DNA from: Felis catus | Lineage: Eukaryota | Assembly: GCF_018350175.1 (NCBI RefSeq) | Contig: NC_058368.1 | Coordinates: 49,539,815-49,603,814 of the forward strand | DNA length: 64,000 nt | Reading direction: 5' to 3' | In this document: one piece after another, positions 1 through 12,932 of the stretch | Position numbering within the stretch: the first letter of the stretch is position 1 | Layout of the letters: each line of letters starts with the position of its first letter | Notes under the pieces: generated by a model | What the model was told of the DNA's origin: nothing | The model's input: the letters and a program-made list of their open reading frames with translations, nothing else | Database searches by the model: none | Translations under genes and position numbers: made by a program

Positions 1-88
1 TTCATCTGTAAGAAGATTCTCAGCTCTTGTTGATAATGTGAGTCAGTCTCCCGTTTCCTTCCCTGGAGGGTAAAAATTTATATAATTT

Positions 89-309
89 TTAAATTTTTTT
101 TAAAAATGTTTATTTATTTTTGAGAGAGACAGAGACAGACTGTGAACGGGTTAGGGGCAGAGAGAGAGAGGGAGACACAGAATCCGAAGCAGGCTCCAGG
201 CTCCAAGCCGTCAGCACAGAGCCCGATGCGGGGCTCGAACCCATGAGCCGTGAGATCATGACCTGAGCTGAAGTCGGAGCCTCGATCGACTGAGCCACCC
301 AGGTGCCCC
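89..309 (-). mobile_element. CanSINE (SINEC_Fc-type), full length
   Basis: Minus-strand head GGGGCACCTGGGTGGCTCAGTC, GTTCGAGCCCCGC B-box, (CT)n region and AATAAA tail. Confidence 0.95.
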
Positions 310-924
310 AAAAATAAATAAACATTAAAAAAATTTTTTTAAATATAATTTCCACTTTCAATATTCTACTGAAAATGCTCTCCCAAAATGCCAACAGTAA
401 TGCCTACATATTAGCTCCTACTCTCTCCTCTCAGCCCTCAAACAACTGAAATTTGGCACTGTTGCCCATATCTATCTTCTTCGAACATGTCTCCTGTTTG
501 GGGACACCATTTCTGTTGAGTCTCCACTCTTCCTGACCATTCATATTTTAAGCTTCTATTTCTCTGCAGAGAATTTAAGTATCAGCATTCACCATTCCAG
601 AATAGAGGATTCTATTCTCAATTGTCTTCCAACTATTCACTTTGACTATGATGATGAAGGTAGTCATAACTTGGTTGCAAAGATTAAGATAATTGTCCAA
701 TACCTGGCATTTACTAAGCATTCAATAATAGCAGTAGTTATAACATTTTTTTACTTCATTTCCTGTAACACTTTACTATGAAATCTACATTTCAGTATAC
801 AGAAGATTTGATACTTTCAAAAGACAATTGGTATAATCTCAGACATTATCTTCATCGTGGAATGTCTTGCCCCCTCCCCCAAGGACTTGTTGTTGTAGTT
901 TCTGCTGTGTTGTAAAAAGCACTT

Positions 925-1410
925 TTTTAAATTGAAGTATAGGTGACACAGAATGTGACATTAGTTTCAGATGTACAACATAGTGCTTTAATGTCTATAC
1001 ATTATGCTATGCTTATCACAGGGGTAGCTACCATCTGTCAGCATACACTATTACAATAACATTGACTGTATTCCCTATGTTTTGCCTTTTATCCCCATGA
1101 CTTATTCACCCATTACTGGAAACCTGTATCTCTTACTTCCCTTCAACTATTTTGCCCACCCCATCCTCCTCCCCTCTGTCAACCATCAGTTTGTTCTCTG
1201 CATTTATGGGTCTGTTTCTGCTTTTCACTTATTTCTTCATTTGTTTTGTTTTCTAGATTCTACATATAAAGGGAACCATATGAAATTTGTCTGTCTCTCT
1301 CTGATTTATTTCACTTAGTATATAATACTTTCCAGGCCCATCCATGTTGTTCTGAATGGCAAGATTTCATTCTTTATTTCTGGCTGAGTAATATTGTTGT
1401 GTGTCTGTGT

Positions 1411-1452
<42 letters not shown>

Positions 1453-1575
1453 CTCATATTTTTATCCATTCATCTATACATCTATCAATGGACATTTGGG
1501 GTGCTTTATCTTGGCTATTGTAACTAATGCTGCAATAAACATAGAGGTGCATATATCCTTTTCAATTAGTGTTTG
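925..1575 (-). mobile_element. Carnivore L1 3' end (L1_Carn-like) with internal (TA)n
   Basis: 'tgacacagaatgtgacattagtttcagatgtacaacatagtg...ccatccatgttg...ggctattgtaactaatgctgcaataaacatagaggtgcatata' resembles an antisense L1 3'UTR; (TA)n at about 1414-1451. Confidence 0.85.
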
Positions 1576-1604
1576 TAAAGAACATTTTAAAAATCAAATT
1601 ACTA

Positions 1605-1847
1605 GGACGCCTGGGTGGCTTTATTGCTAAAGTGTCCGACTCTTGATTTTGGCTTAGGTCATGATCTTATGGTTCATGAGATCAAGCCCCGCATGGAGCT
1701 CCACACTGACAGTGTCAAGCCTGCTTAGGATTCTCTCGCTCCGCACCAACCCCCCCCCCCCGCCACCGCCCTCTATCTCTATCTCTCTGCCCCTCCCCAG
1801 CTCACATTCTCTCTCAAAATAAAATTTAAAAATAAATAAATAAGTAT
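1605..1847 (+). mobile_element. CanSINE (older subfamily)
   Basis: GGACGCCTGGGTGGCT head; 14-bp TSD aaatcaaattacta at 1591-1604 and 1848-1861. Confidence 0.93.
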
Positions 1848-2480
1848 AAATCAAATTACTATAAGAAAAGAAAGTACAGAACAATAAAAAAATATTTGGA
1901 TATTTACATGGTTTAAACATTGCATAATTCTAAGGACTTGTTGCAGCCTTCAAAACCTGTTTAAATATCAACTTCCCATCAGAATTTTGTGCTGGGCCTC
2001 CTGAGCACATTGTTACCTCCATTAAAACTAATTGCCTGATGTCTTCAATAATAATGTAGCCTGTCAAAAAGCCAGGGTCTCATGTGACTCAGTCTCTATA
2101 TCAAGTACATTCAAGGCAGTCCAACAGTTAAAATATTTATAATATAATTCCAATTTGTCTTTTCACCTCTCCATTTGTATATGCTATCCAATTTATAACC
2201 CACAATAAAGCTTCTCAAAAAGGTCTTTTGGCATTTCTCAATTGTTTCTCATTATCTTCAATACACTGCTCTAGAACAATTCACATGCTAAACCTTCTCC
2301 CATTCACCTAGGACCCATGGCATTTTTTTTTTTTTTTGCTTCACCTTTTGGATAGAATTAGCCTCTTATTTATCTGTTATTTGTTTGTTTGTTTGTTTGA
2401 TTTTTGCATCAATATTCCGATATTCCTAATTCTGTGTCTCCCAAAACGTGGAACTTCCCTGGAAAAGACAGAACACTTTT

Positions 2481-2683
2481 GAATGTTTATTTATTATTTT
2501 TGAAAGGCGGGGGTGGGGGGGGCTCACACATGCCTGCAAGCAGGGGATGGGCAGACAGAGGGAGACAAAGTGGGCTCTGAGCTGACACCAGAGAGTCAGA
2601 TGAGGGCTTGGAACTCATAAACTGTGAGATCATGACCTGAGCCAAAGTCAGATGCTTAGCAGACTGAGCCACCCAGGCGCCCC
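2481..2683 (-). mobile_element. CanSINE
   Basis: Ends ...gagccacccaggcgcccc; degraded TSD aagacagaacactttt / aagacagagctctttt. Confidence 0.92.
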
Positions 2684-4997
2684 AAGACAGAGCTCTTTTA
2701 AATGTCACAGGATTTGAATGGGGCAATGAAAAACCTGATAACACTCATGTATGAACAAATCACAACACCACAATTTTAATTGTATATGTTTTCTTCCCCT
2801 CAATTTAAAATGGTACTTAAAGGGAGACTCTATATCATTTCCATCCTTAAAGCACCAAAGCACCCGTAATTCATGCATTTATTTATAGAACATTTAGTAT
2901 ACATCTTGAGGTGATAGAAACTGAGATACAAGCAGAAGGAAGAGGGATGGAAGAAACAAGATCAAAAAGGATATTGCTCTTGGAGAGTTATGATAAGTGA
3001 TCAAGATCAGTATGTCGAGCACATTAGAGATGCTCAAAACTTACATGCTGAATTGATAGCACTCCCCTAGCTACTATTCTCTGTTTTGCAGAAAACTGGC
3101 ATACAAAACTTCATAAATAACTTGCAGTTGTCCTCCACCTAGGTGCTTTAATTGGTTATGAAAAATCTAAAAAGTAATTCATAATAATTACAAGTAAATG
3201 TTTAAAAGGTTTTTAATTTTTAAGATAAATTAGGTACTTTTGTAACAAGATCACATTTACCTATTTGTTTATAAAATACATTCTTAGCTGAAAGAGAAAG
3301 GAATTAAATTAGAATTAGTGTGCTGTAAATTGCTCAAAAATCTGAGTATATCCACCAGAGTGTGCCTTGCATGTGGCCACCATGCCCACATGTGTTCATA
3401 GTGGGAAAAAAAAAAGATGACAAGAACTGATGATCTCATAAAGGCCCCATATTTAATGCTCCTCATAACAAACCAGCAAAAAAGCAATGTCACACTGACG
3501 AAACTCTCTGGCATTACCATCCTTTCTATTCATGTTTTCCCTCACCTCTTCCTCTTCCTGTAATATCATTTTTATTCCTTTCACAAACTCCATTCTTTCC
3601 ATATCCCTCACTCCCACTTGAACACTTTTTATTTTAAGAGTTCGTTTAACTTCCATCCCTTTAAGTTTTCCCTTTCCTTGCCATGCTTTTTCTGCTTCCT
3701 GCCCCACCTCACTCTCTAGCTCCCTCTTGGGAATGGAAGTGGCTGAAAGCAGCAGGTGTGGCTGAGAAAACTGAGCAGGAAGGAGTCGAGTGAAATGAAG
3801 CTGATTAGCTGTATGAATATGTCATTCAAGGGCTTATAACCACACAGACTTTACTTGGGGAGGTGACACGAAAGACCTTCAACCCAAGGGGAGATTCAAC
3901 ATACACTGACTAACGAGTTAAGGCCCATCTGGATCTCATTTTCTTGGAAAGACACTCCTGGATGTTAAGAATTAAAACCCACCGTTCTCTTCATGTACTT
4001 TCAGTCAGTTCCTCCTGCAGAGTAATTGGAATGCCCTCCTTACCTTACCTTTTCAAAAGAGCTTCCTTTACCATTTTTCAAAATCTCCTGAAACCAACAT
4101 TTCCTGAAGAAATTCTCCCTCACCTTTAAAGCTGTACGGGCCATTTGGCCTCATCTTCAACTTTCGATACAACAGGTTTCTACCTTGCTTTACAAATCAT
4201 ATAATTACTTAAATAAAGACTAAACATACTCACAACAAACCTTAAGGGACTGGACAAGCTAGACAAGGCAATATTTGCTTGACTAAAAATTTACATGTCA
4301 GCTTTTGTTAATTTGTAAATTTTCAAAATCCCTTTATCTCACTAAAACTTTTCTCCATCCTCATGGATAGTGTTTTAGTGTCTTGAACACTATTTTCTTG
4401 GTCCTGTCTCTTTCCCTCTCCAATCATAGCCATGTGGGCCAGTCTTTTTCCAAACCCTTCAACAGGGTCCTTTCATCCAAATCAACTCTAAACTTCTCAA
4501 CACTGATCCTAATAAATACCCCTCTTCTCCTCTCTCCCACCCAGACCACTAAGTGCTATTGTTCTGTTTGGAAAGGAGGATTCCCTGATAGTGATTTCAG
4601 GGATGGTGGGCATCACCATAATTCATAGTGACTTAAATGCTGTTTGGCTCTTCAGCACCACTTGTTAATTTTATATAGTACTAATTTCCAATCCCCCAAA
4701 CACCTATTCCAAATCTTCACCTTTCTCCTCAAGAACCAATCAATTCATTTCACAGTAGAGGATACTGATTTGTTCTCGGCCTAGAAGTTTTCCAGAAAAA
4801 CATACCCTCAGCTTCTCATCTCTCTTCATAGAAATCTGTTTACATGCATTCCCAGTCTTATAGCCCTCCTTCCAGTCTCAGAGAAAGAAACATCTTTGCA
4901 AAACACTCAAGCCTTATGCTCTCAAATTTTCTTACCATCAAATTTTCCCTCTGCCTAGATACATTCTAAACATTTAAAAATAAATACTGGGGGGGGG

Positions 4998-5220
4998 GGG
5001 GCGCCTGGGTGGCTCAGTCGGTTAAGCGGCTGACTTCGGCTCATGTCATGATTTCGCAGTCCGTGAGTTTGAGCCCCGCGTCAGGCTCTATGCTGACAGC
5101 TCAGAGCCTGGAGCCCGTTTCAGATTCTGTGTCTCCCTCTCTCTCTGACCCTCCCCTGCTCATGCTCTGTCTCTCTCTGTCTCAAAAATAAATAAATGTT
5201 AAAAAAAATTAAAAAAAATA
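4998..5220 (+). mobile_element. CanSINE (SINEC_Fc-type)
   Basis: Canonical head, body and tail; TSD aataaatactggg on both sides; 13-G run at 4989-5001. Confidence 0.95.
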
Positions 5221-5234
5221 AATAAATACTGGGT

Positions 5235-5845
5235 AAATAGAGAAATTGGAATTCTCATGATATACGGCTGCATTACCAGCAGGAATGTAAAAACAGTACA
5301 GCCACCTTGAAAGAAGTTTGAGTTACTCAAAAATTAAACACAGTTACCATATAACCCAGCGTTTCTATTATTAAGTATATATTGAATAGAAGTAAAAAAT
5401 ATATGTCCACACATAAGATTGCATGCCAGAATGTTCATGGCAGCGTGTTGTACAATAGCCAGAAAGTGGAAATAATCCAACTGTCCATTAATTGATAAAT
5501 GACCAAACTCAGAAACAAACAAAAAATTTGGTATATCCATATAAAAGCATATTCAACCACTTAAAGGAATAGATTTCTAATACACACATAGATAAACCTT
5601 GAAAATACGTTAAGTAAAAGACGCCAGACACAACAAGCCATTTATTATATGATTCAATGTTTATAAAATGTCCAGAATGAGCAATCCATAGGGACAGAAA
5701 GTTAACTAGTAGTAGCTAGGAGTTAGAGAGCAGAGTGTGAAGTAAATGCTAATGTGCATAGCACTTCTAAAGTTGACAAAAACTTTCTGAAATGAGATAA
5801 TTGTGGTTATAAAAGGGTGAATTTTATGTTATGTATCAATTTTTG
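5235..5845 (+). mobile_element. Ancient L1 (L1MB-like) 3' region
   Basis: 'ggaatgtaaaaacagtacagccaccttg...cagttaccatataacccagc...gaatgttcatggcagc...caatccatagggacagaaag' resembles L1M 3' ends. Confidence 0.8.
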
Positions 5846-5986
5846 AGTAATTTTATTTCTTCCTCATCATATAAATGTTCACAATTCTGTAGTACAATGG
5901 GAGTCTTTTTTCATCCGTATTTGTCAGAACTATTTTACCCACCACTCATGTTCCTTTGCATGTGGAAAGAATTCCATTATTGTGAC

Positions 5987-6184
5987 TTTTTTTTAAATGT
6001 TTATTTACTTGGGGGAGGTGGGGCAAAGACAGAGTGGGAGAGAGAGAGAGAGAGAATCCCAATCAGGCTCTGTACTGTCAGCACAGAGCCCGGAAAGGAG
6101 GTCAGTCTCACCAACCGTGAGATCATGACCTGAGCCAAAATCAACAGTTGGATGCTTAACCAACTGAGCCACCCAGGCACCCCC
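5987..6184 (-). mobile_element. CanSINE
   Basis: gagatcatgacctgagcc...gagccacccaggcacccc. Confidence 0.93.
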
Positions 6185-6604
6185 ATTAGTGTAACTCTTA
6201 GAATCTCTTGGACATTTACTCATTCTACACTGGAGGAGGTGAAATGACCACCAGAGATTACACTCAAATTTTTCTTGAGGGCTATCTAGATAGCTAGCTT
6301 CAGATAGCAAACTTACACTACTATTCAAACTGTCTCTCCCCTTCCCCTGACCTCAGAACTTAGGTTTCTACACACTGTAGTGGTTTGTAACATTGCCTCA
6401 GGGTGTCTCACTTAGTTGGCAGTGCTCTGCTGTGTTGTCTGAAATATTCAGTCAAGGGGATCCTTTCTTGGTGTCTTCCCATAATAGTATTCAATCACCC
6501 TCACAGATGGTGGTTCAGAGTTACAGAGACCTTTTAATTTCTTTGCTAACAATACAATCTAGGTTGTTTTGGGTCCATTGGTTTTTTGTTTGTTTGTCTG
6601 GGGT

Positions 6605-6833
6605 TTTTGGTTTGTTTTTATTTTTAATGTTTATTTATTTTTGAGAGAGAGTGCACACATGCATGCACAAGTGGGGGAGGGGCAGAGAGAGAGAGGGAGA
6701 CACAGAATGTGAAACAGGCTCCAGGTTCCAAGCTGTCAGCACACAGCCTGATGCATGGCTCGAACCCACAAACCGTGAGATCATGACCTGAGTCAAAGTC
6801 GGACACTTAATCGACTGAGCCACCCAGGTGCCC
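6605..6833 (-). mobile_element. CanSINE
   Basis: Full antisense body ending gagccacccaggtgccc. Confidence 0.94.
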
Positions 6834-7030
6834 AGGTAAGTAAATCTTGAAAGGAGAAAGAAAAAAAAAACACATCATCTTAACTCCACTTCAGTGGAAC
6901 TTTCCCACTAACTATTTAACTAATCTTCTTGATTTAGCCTCCTGTCCTTCAATGCATCCTCCATATTGCTGCTGGACAACTGATCAGTTCCCTCCTTGGC
7001 CCAAAATTGCTTAAGAGGCTACAAGGTATG

Positions 7031-7159
7031 GGGGCGCCTGAGTGGCTCAGTCGGTTGAGCATCCAACTTCCGCTCAGGTCATGATCTCACGGTTGGTGAG
7101 TTCAAGCCCCGCGTCAGGTTTTGTGCTGACAGCTTGGAGCCTGCTTCTGACTCTATGTC

Positions 7160-7218
<59 letters not shown>

Positions 7219-7250
7219 AAAATAAACATTAATTTTTTTTAAAAAAAAAC
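7031..7250 (+). mobile_element. CanSINE with expanded (CT)n
   Basis: 17-bp TSD agaggctacaaggtatg at 7014-7030 and 7251-7267. Confidence 0.95.
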
Positions 7251-7798
7251 AGAGGCTACAAGGTATGATCTAAGTTACTTTCTGTGGCATTTGAAGTTCT
7301 TTCATCTGTGGTCTCTGTCAACCTAATTCCTCTTCTCTTTCAGCCCTATTCCCCTCCTTTTTATACTCCAGCCAGATTAATACACAGGAAGGCAGAGAAC
7401 TGCAAATATTTTCACAACGCTCATACCTTTGCACATGGTGTTCTCTGTAAATTATCTTTCACCCTGTGCCCTCCTGGAAAACAACTATGTTACCTCTAAA
7501 AATCTATTTCAGATCAGATGTCTTGTCTGATGTGAACAGAGTTAATCACTTTGTCTTCTCTGCTCTCTGTCCCCATACCTGAACTCATCACACTACACAG
7601 TAATTATTTCCTTATGTAAAATTCTTACTCTTTTAAAATTGCATGTCATATGTTTATTAGGCAGCTTTTCAACTCATTCATTCTTTCAAATATTTACTGA
7701 GCAACAGCTCTGTTCCAGATATGAAATACAAAGACAAAAATATCCCATGCTTCTAAGAAAAATGAGACCAGTATTATTATTTAATTTCATTTGGTTTT

Positions 7799-8020
7799 TC
7801 TTAAAAAAAATTTTAATGTTTTTTTCATTTTTGAGGGACAGAGAGAGACAGAGTGTTAGTGGGGGAGGGGCAGAGAGAGAGGGAGACACAGAATCTGAAG
7901 CAGGCTCCAGGCACTGAGCTGTCAGCACAGAGCCTGACACAGGGCTCGAACCTACAAATTGTAAGATCATGACCTGAGCTGAAGTCGGATGCCCAACGGA
8001 ATGAGCCACCCAGGTGCCCC
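7799..8020 (-). mobile_element. CanSINE
   Basis: 17-bp TSD taatttcatttggtttt at 7782-7798 and 8021-8037. Confidence 0.95.
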
Positions 8021-9975
8021 TAATTTCATTTGGTTTTAAGCCATATATCTCTAATTATACTCTTAACTACCTTGGCCACAAAGCGGCAAATGTTGTATAT
8101 GTTACTCTAGAATTTTCAGTGCTTAACAGAGAATCTTGCCTGTTGTCAGGGTTTCGTTTGCCATAGCCTACAAATTGGTCTTCTGTCTTCTGTTTTGCTT
8201 TGATTCTCCACCTGCCAACTGTTCTTCACAAAAAAACTCAGAATAATATTTCTAAAATACAAGGCTACATAAATCATTACCTGCTTTAAAACATTTAATA
8301 ACTTTTCTTTTCCTTTAGGACAATATCTCTCTTCCCCATTAATCTAAAAACTCATTAATAAGAGCTTAATCTTCTTGTAATCCCAGTGGTCAGCAAAGAA
8401 TCTAGCACCCAAATATTTGATCCCATTTATATTGGTTGGATTTGCTTAAATATTGGTTGAAATTACTGGACGGATCTTGGGATCTGACTATATGTTGTAT
8501 TCAAAGACATGTTAATTTCCCTGGATTTGGAGTGATTAGGACAATACTTGTATTTTGTCTAGCTTATTTGTTTACAAATCACCAATATTCTGGGCAAATC
8601 ATGTTCACTGTCCTAGTGAAAAGGAACCATGATTTATTAAGAGTATGATCTAGCACAGTAACATGTTCAAACATACAGCAACTGTTTACATGGTGTTACA
8701 CTTGGGTTAACCGCCTAGTTTGTGAAAAGGAGATGGTAACAAAAAATAGATTTTCCAAAAGCCGTATTTTTTTGTTTAAGTAACTTCTCCGTTTTATATT
8801 TCCCAAGACTCTGATAAATATTCCACAAATAACTAAGGACATACATCCTTCTCTAAAGAGCTTAAAAGTAACTGTCATTCTTTTTTATCAAAGGAAGGTA
8901 CTAAGACAGAAAGAGTGAGTGATATGACCAAGGTCACAAATATAATCATGAGGTGCAGATGATAGTGACATAAACAGAATCAGATAACGATTCACAGAAC
9001 ACAGGGAGGAAGGCCAGGAATACTAAGCAGGGAATAATGATGGGGATATTAGACAGATAATTCTACAAACTAACACGCTTCATCTAAATAATAAAATCCC
9101 TGACCATACAAGGCAGAGACCAAATCAGGAATAAGAGAAGCAAAATCTGAAACCATACGTGGAAAAACAGTCCTCTCACTAAGGTTTTAATAAGTAATAT
9201 CCTAGAGACAAAAGCCAAAGAGTCTTTCCAAAGAGACAACACTCATCAGGAATTGCCATCTCCATTCCTTTAGGACAATCAATATTATATAGGTTTAAAG
9301 TAGTTCATTTAGCCCTACCTAGTACCTAGATTCTTCCTCATTTCTGCTTCTGAGTGCTGACCTATTGTTCCTACTGAAGCTATGGGCTGGTAGTTGATCT
9401 CATAGTCCATTAACAGAAAGTTTCAGGTTTAAAATGCTTTTTAAAAGGGCATGATCTCATGTTACTTTATGGAGTATTTGCATTCCTTTATTCCCTATTT
9501 TACTACAGTCATGCTCACAGAGGCACTTCCTTCTCCACAATGAGTTTATGTTTCCAAAGCCTCTTTATCCTCTGCTCTTCCAAGGACCTAATCAGGTGCA
9601 TCACCTGGTGGTTGAAGTCACAGCTTTGTCAGCCATGGCCAGGAAGGCGCCGGTCCTTCCCAGTCAATTCTGAAACTTCAAGAAAATTTACATCGTGAAG
9701 GGACTTGTGCTGAATTTATGAGAAGGCCAAGGTGTGCTACAGATCACTGCATTTTTAAAAGTAGTCCTGTCTGGCCTGGTAACTAAGACAACTATCCTTT
9801 AAATTATTTTTATAGAACCACAGAAAACGATATAAAGAAGCAGGCCCTACAGATAGAATCCAAGCCAGAAAAAAAGGGAGGGTTTCTGCTTCCGTTCTGC
9901 TAATTTTTCTTTCTAAAGGATGGTATGTGGGAAGAAGTGAATGGATTCTCTTTTCCCTCTAGCCTCCCCTATTAG

Positions 9976-10127
9976 CTGTCAATCATCAATATGCATGTGC
10001 ATACTGAAGTGAGTGGTACTTCAGAGATGAGTCATCAAGAAGCGAGAATATCATATATTTCATATTATGACTAATACTGAGATTCTAGTAACAACATTCA
10101 TGCTACTATAAGATACCCTGTCACGTG
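9976..10127. promoter_or_regulatory. Candidate enhancer motif cluster (PBX-MEIS/PREP decamer, AP-1, E-box)
   Basis: ctgtcaatca (reverse complement TGATTGACAG) 9976-9985; GATGAGTCATC 10026-10036; GTCACGTG 10120-10127; no recognisable repeat here; motif evidence only. Confidence 0.3.
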
Positions 10128-10704
10128 TAAATTCCATGACTTGAGCTAAATGGATCCTATTCTTAAGGGCTCTTACCTTTAGCCTCTCTTATCTTCAAAA
10201 TGACATCTTATCTTCAGAAAACCCTCTTTTTCCAGTGTTGGAGCAGAAAGTGTTCAGGTTTTGAGAGGACGCACAGGTGAGGTGGGGGGCCGATATGGAG
10301 GAGGCCAGCCCTCTCTCTGAAAGAACAGACCATGGTTAATACACTTTGGTATGAGAAGGTTTACCAAGAATGTCTCTCCAACCTACCTGAAATCACTTTC
10401 ATATTGTCATACAGTTTGACAGTTTACAAGCTAGATCTGTCTGAGTTAGTAACATTTGCTTTTAAGACGCCAACATTCCCAGGAGGCTCACTCAATTGCT
10501 TTGTTTCAAAGTCAAACTGAGATCAACCTTCACACACAAAACATGAATATGAATGTAGAAAGAAGAGAATGGATTTGCAGCAGCAAGACCTCATTGTAGA
10601 GGACTAAGAAAATAAGGAGTTCAGACAGCCAGTGGTTAGCAACAGGGCGACGTGAACAGGAATTTGAGAGGGGACAAGAACCGACCACATTAAGTGCCAC
10701 TCTT

Positions 10705-10882
10705 AGCTCATTTAATCCCCAAACACTATAAGGTGTTATTATATCATGTGGTTTTTTTCCTCACAAATAAAAAACTGGAACTCAGAGAGGTTGTCATTTT
10801 TCCAAAATGCCTTAGTGGTACATGGTGCAGCTAGAATAGGATTCAGGTGTGTCTGGCTCCAAACTGTGTACCCTTAACTATA
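10705..10882 (-). mobile_element. MIR
   Basis: ctcatttaatcc...aactggaactcagagaggtt...caggtgtgtctggctccaaa resembles the antisense MIR core. Confidence 0.7.
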
Positions 10883-11187
10883 GTGGGCATTGCCTGGAAC
10901 TGGCCCGTGGGAGGTGCAGGCATGGCTCAAGAGTCACAGTAGGGACAGGGTCCATAGAGGCTGGGTTTTCCCTCGCATTCTCCCCTCTTTCCCTTAATAG
11001 CTCAACCCTAATTTCACATTCTTTTTAATTGCTTTCTAGGATTCCATAGAAGAATGAACTCAGGAAAATGTCACTTTTTCTTTTTGATCGTGCTCCGATA
11101 GAGTATAATCAATAAGACATAAGATAACAAAATTTTGAAGATACGGGTTCCATTTTCTTTTGGTCCCTCACTCATATATTACTGCAT

Positions 11188-11420
11188 GAAGGTTAAGAGT
11201 ATGACCATAGTATCAGACTGCTGAGTTCAAATCCCTACTCCATCATTTGCCACTTGTGTGACCTTAGGTAAGCTCCTCAGCTTCTCTAGGCCTTGGTTTC
11301 CTCATCTGAAAAATAGGGATGATATAAACGTCTACCTCATAGGATGGAGGTGATGGTTCAATGAGATAATGTATACAAAGCATACTGGCATAGGATGAGC
11401 ACTTGACAAAAGCCAGCTAT
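11188..11420 (+). mobile_element. MIR
   Basis: ggttaagag...gttcaaatccc...tgtgtgaccttaggtaag...ggtttcctcatctgaaaaatagggat...ctacctcatagga. Confidence 0.88.
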
Positions 11421-11489
11421 AGGTTGCTTTACTTGAAAGCCATTTTTAGTTCTTGGGGCATTTTTAGGATCTAAAAATCTAGAGTTGCC

Positions 11490-11526
11490 TATCTTCATAT
11501 ATAAGTATATAAGTATATAATATATA

Positions 11527-11566
<40 letters not shown>

Positions 11567-11578
11567 TATATGAAGATA
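11490..11578. repeat. AT-rich palindrome around (TA)n
   Basis: Perfect 50-bp palindrome 11522-11571 plus outer 12-bp inverted arms 11490-11501 / 11567-11578. Confidence 0.9.
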
Positions 11579-12624
11579 CAACATATATAAAACATTTATT
11601 TTCAATTGTACAAAATATTTTATTGGTTCATTTAATGTAATAATAAAGCAGAATTTTCAAGATAAAAAATATCTTTTAGCAAATTTTTTTCTCAAGGGGC
11701 TGAGTATTAAATAATTTAAGCTGCACCATCTTAATCTGGGTATTCTCTCAAATTTAGAAATATTCTTAGGATTATAGGGGCTTGTGGTCTAAGTATTGCA
11801 GTTTGGCTTAGATTGCCCAAGTTCAGTAAATCTACACATTAAATAGTACTCTATAAATTAATCTTGATTGCTCTACAAAGGTATCTCTGCAACTTATGTC
11901 TTCTTAAAATCAGTTCCATTCTTTAACACCATTCCATTATGCTTTAGTATGTAGTTTAATGCTTTTTTCTTCCAAGTATAAAATATAAGCTAAGAAATAA
12001 CATGCTTAAGGCAGCATTTCTGATCTGGCAGTCTTCAATTTTGCAGTCAAGAATGTGTTCAACAAGCCAGAGATGTACAATTCCCCAAGCAGGTGAAAAA
12101 ATGTGATTGTGAGGGCTGAGATGACAGTTTTCATACTACTTCCAATGCGTGTCCTGTGCATCTGTTCTATATCTAGGAATGTGTTTTTACATTTTTCTAG
12201 AGAAAATTAAATGAGCGTTTTTATGTTTCGTTTCCCAGTTATCATAAAATATGTAAAAGAAAATACAGAAATTAAAGGGCAAAGAGATACTTACTGAGTG
12301 CAAAGCAGCAAGATTTCAAGGCTGGTTATAACCCTAGACAACCTTTGTCACCCATACAAGTGTTTCTTCAAATAGTGGGGAAATCATAACAGGTATGGAG
12401 TAGAACCTTGTGTTTATTTTGTTTAAAGTGAATACATTCATTCATATAGAGCACAGATAAATTTTGAAGTCTCATTTCAAAAGAGGCAATGAAACATTTG
12501 AAATCATTTAGTTGACAAAGAGTTTTCCCTTGAATTTAACTGGATTCCAAATAAAACTCTAATCAGCTTAGAGATATATAATACCCATTTCAAGATGTCT
12601 CACTTTTAAACATTTTTACAACAC

Positions 12625-12628
<4 letters not shown>

Positions 12629-12676
<48 letters not shown>
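12629..12676. repeat. (CA)n microsatellite
   Basis: Direct reading. Confidence 0.97.
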
Positions 12677-12677
<1 letters not shown>

Positions 12678-12932
12678 GAAAACAGAGCTATGGTTGCTGT
12701 TTGATTATAATCTGAGGCTTTTAAACATAGTTAACATTTTCATAGACTAACAATGTGTTTGCAATTATATTATAAAGTATTATTAAAAGTATTATAATAG
12801 TAGCTTATTTGTGATCTTTTAGAATTTTAATTAGTAAAGAGAAGTGAGCAAAAATGCCCCTGCTATTCTATTCTAGTAAAACACCCCAGAAGGATAAAGT
12901 TTAACTAGAAAATAGAGGATATTCTTAATGAT

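Noticed and set aside
4998..5080. tRNA-like A/B boxes (TGGCTCAGTCGG...GTTTGAGCCCC)
   Set aside because: tRNA-derived SINE heads followed by SINE body and tail; no complete cloverleaf, so not tRNA genes
9585..9731. Polypyrimidine tract plus AG, a Kozak-like GCCATGG and a possible donor
   Set aside because: All frames hit stops, the ATG opens only 12 codons and the donor (gtgtgc) is weak
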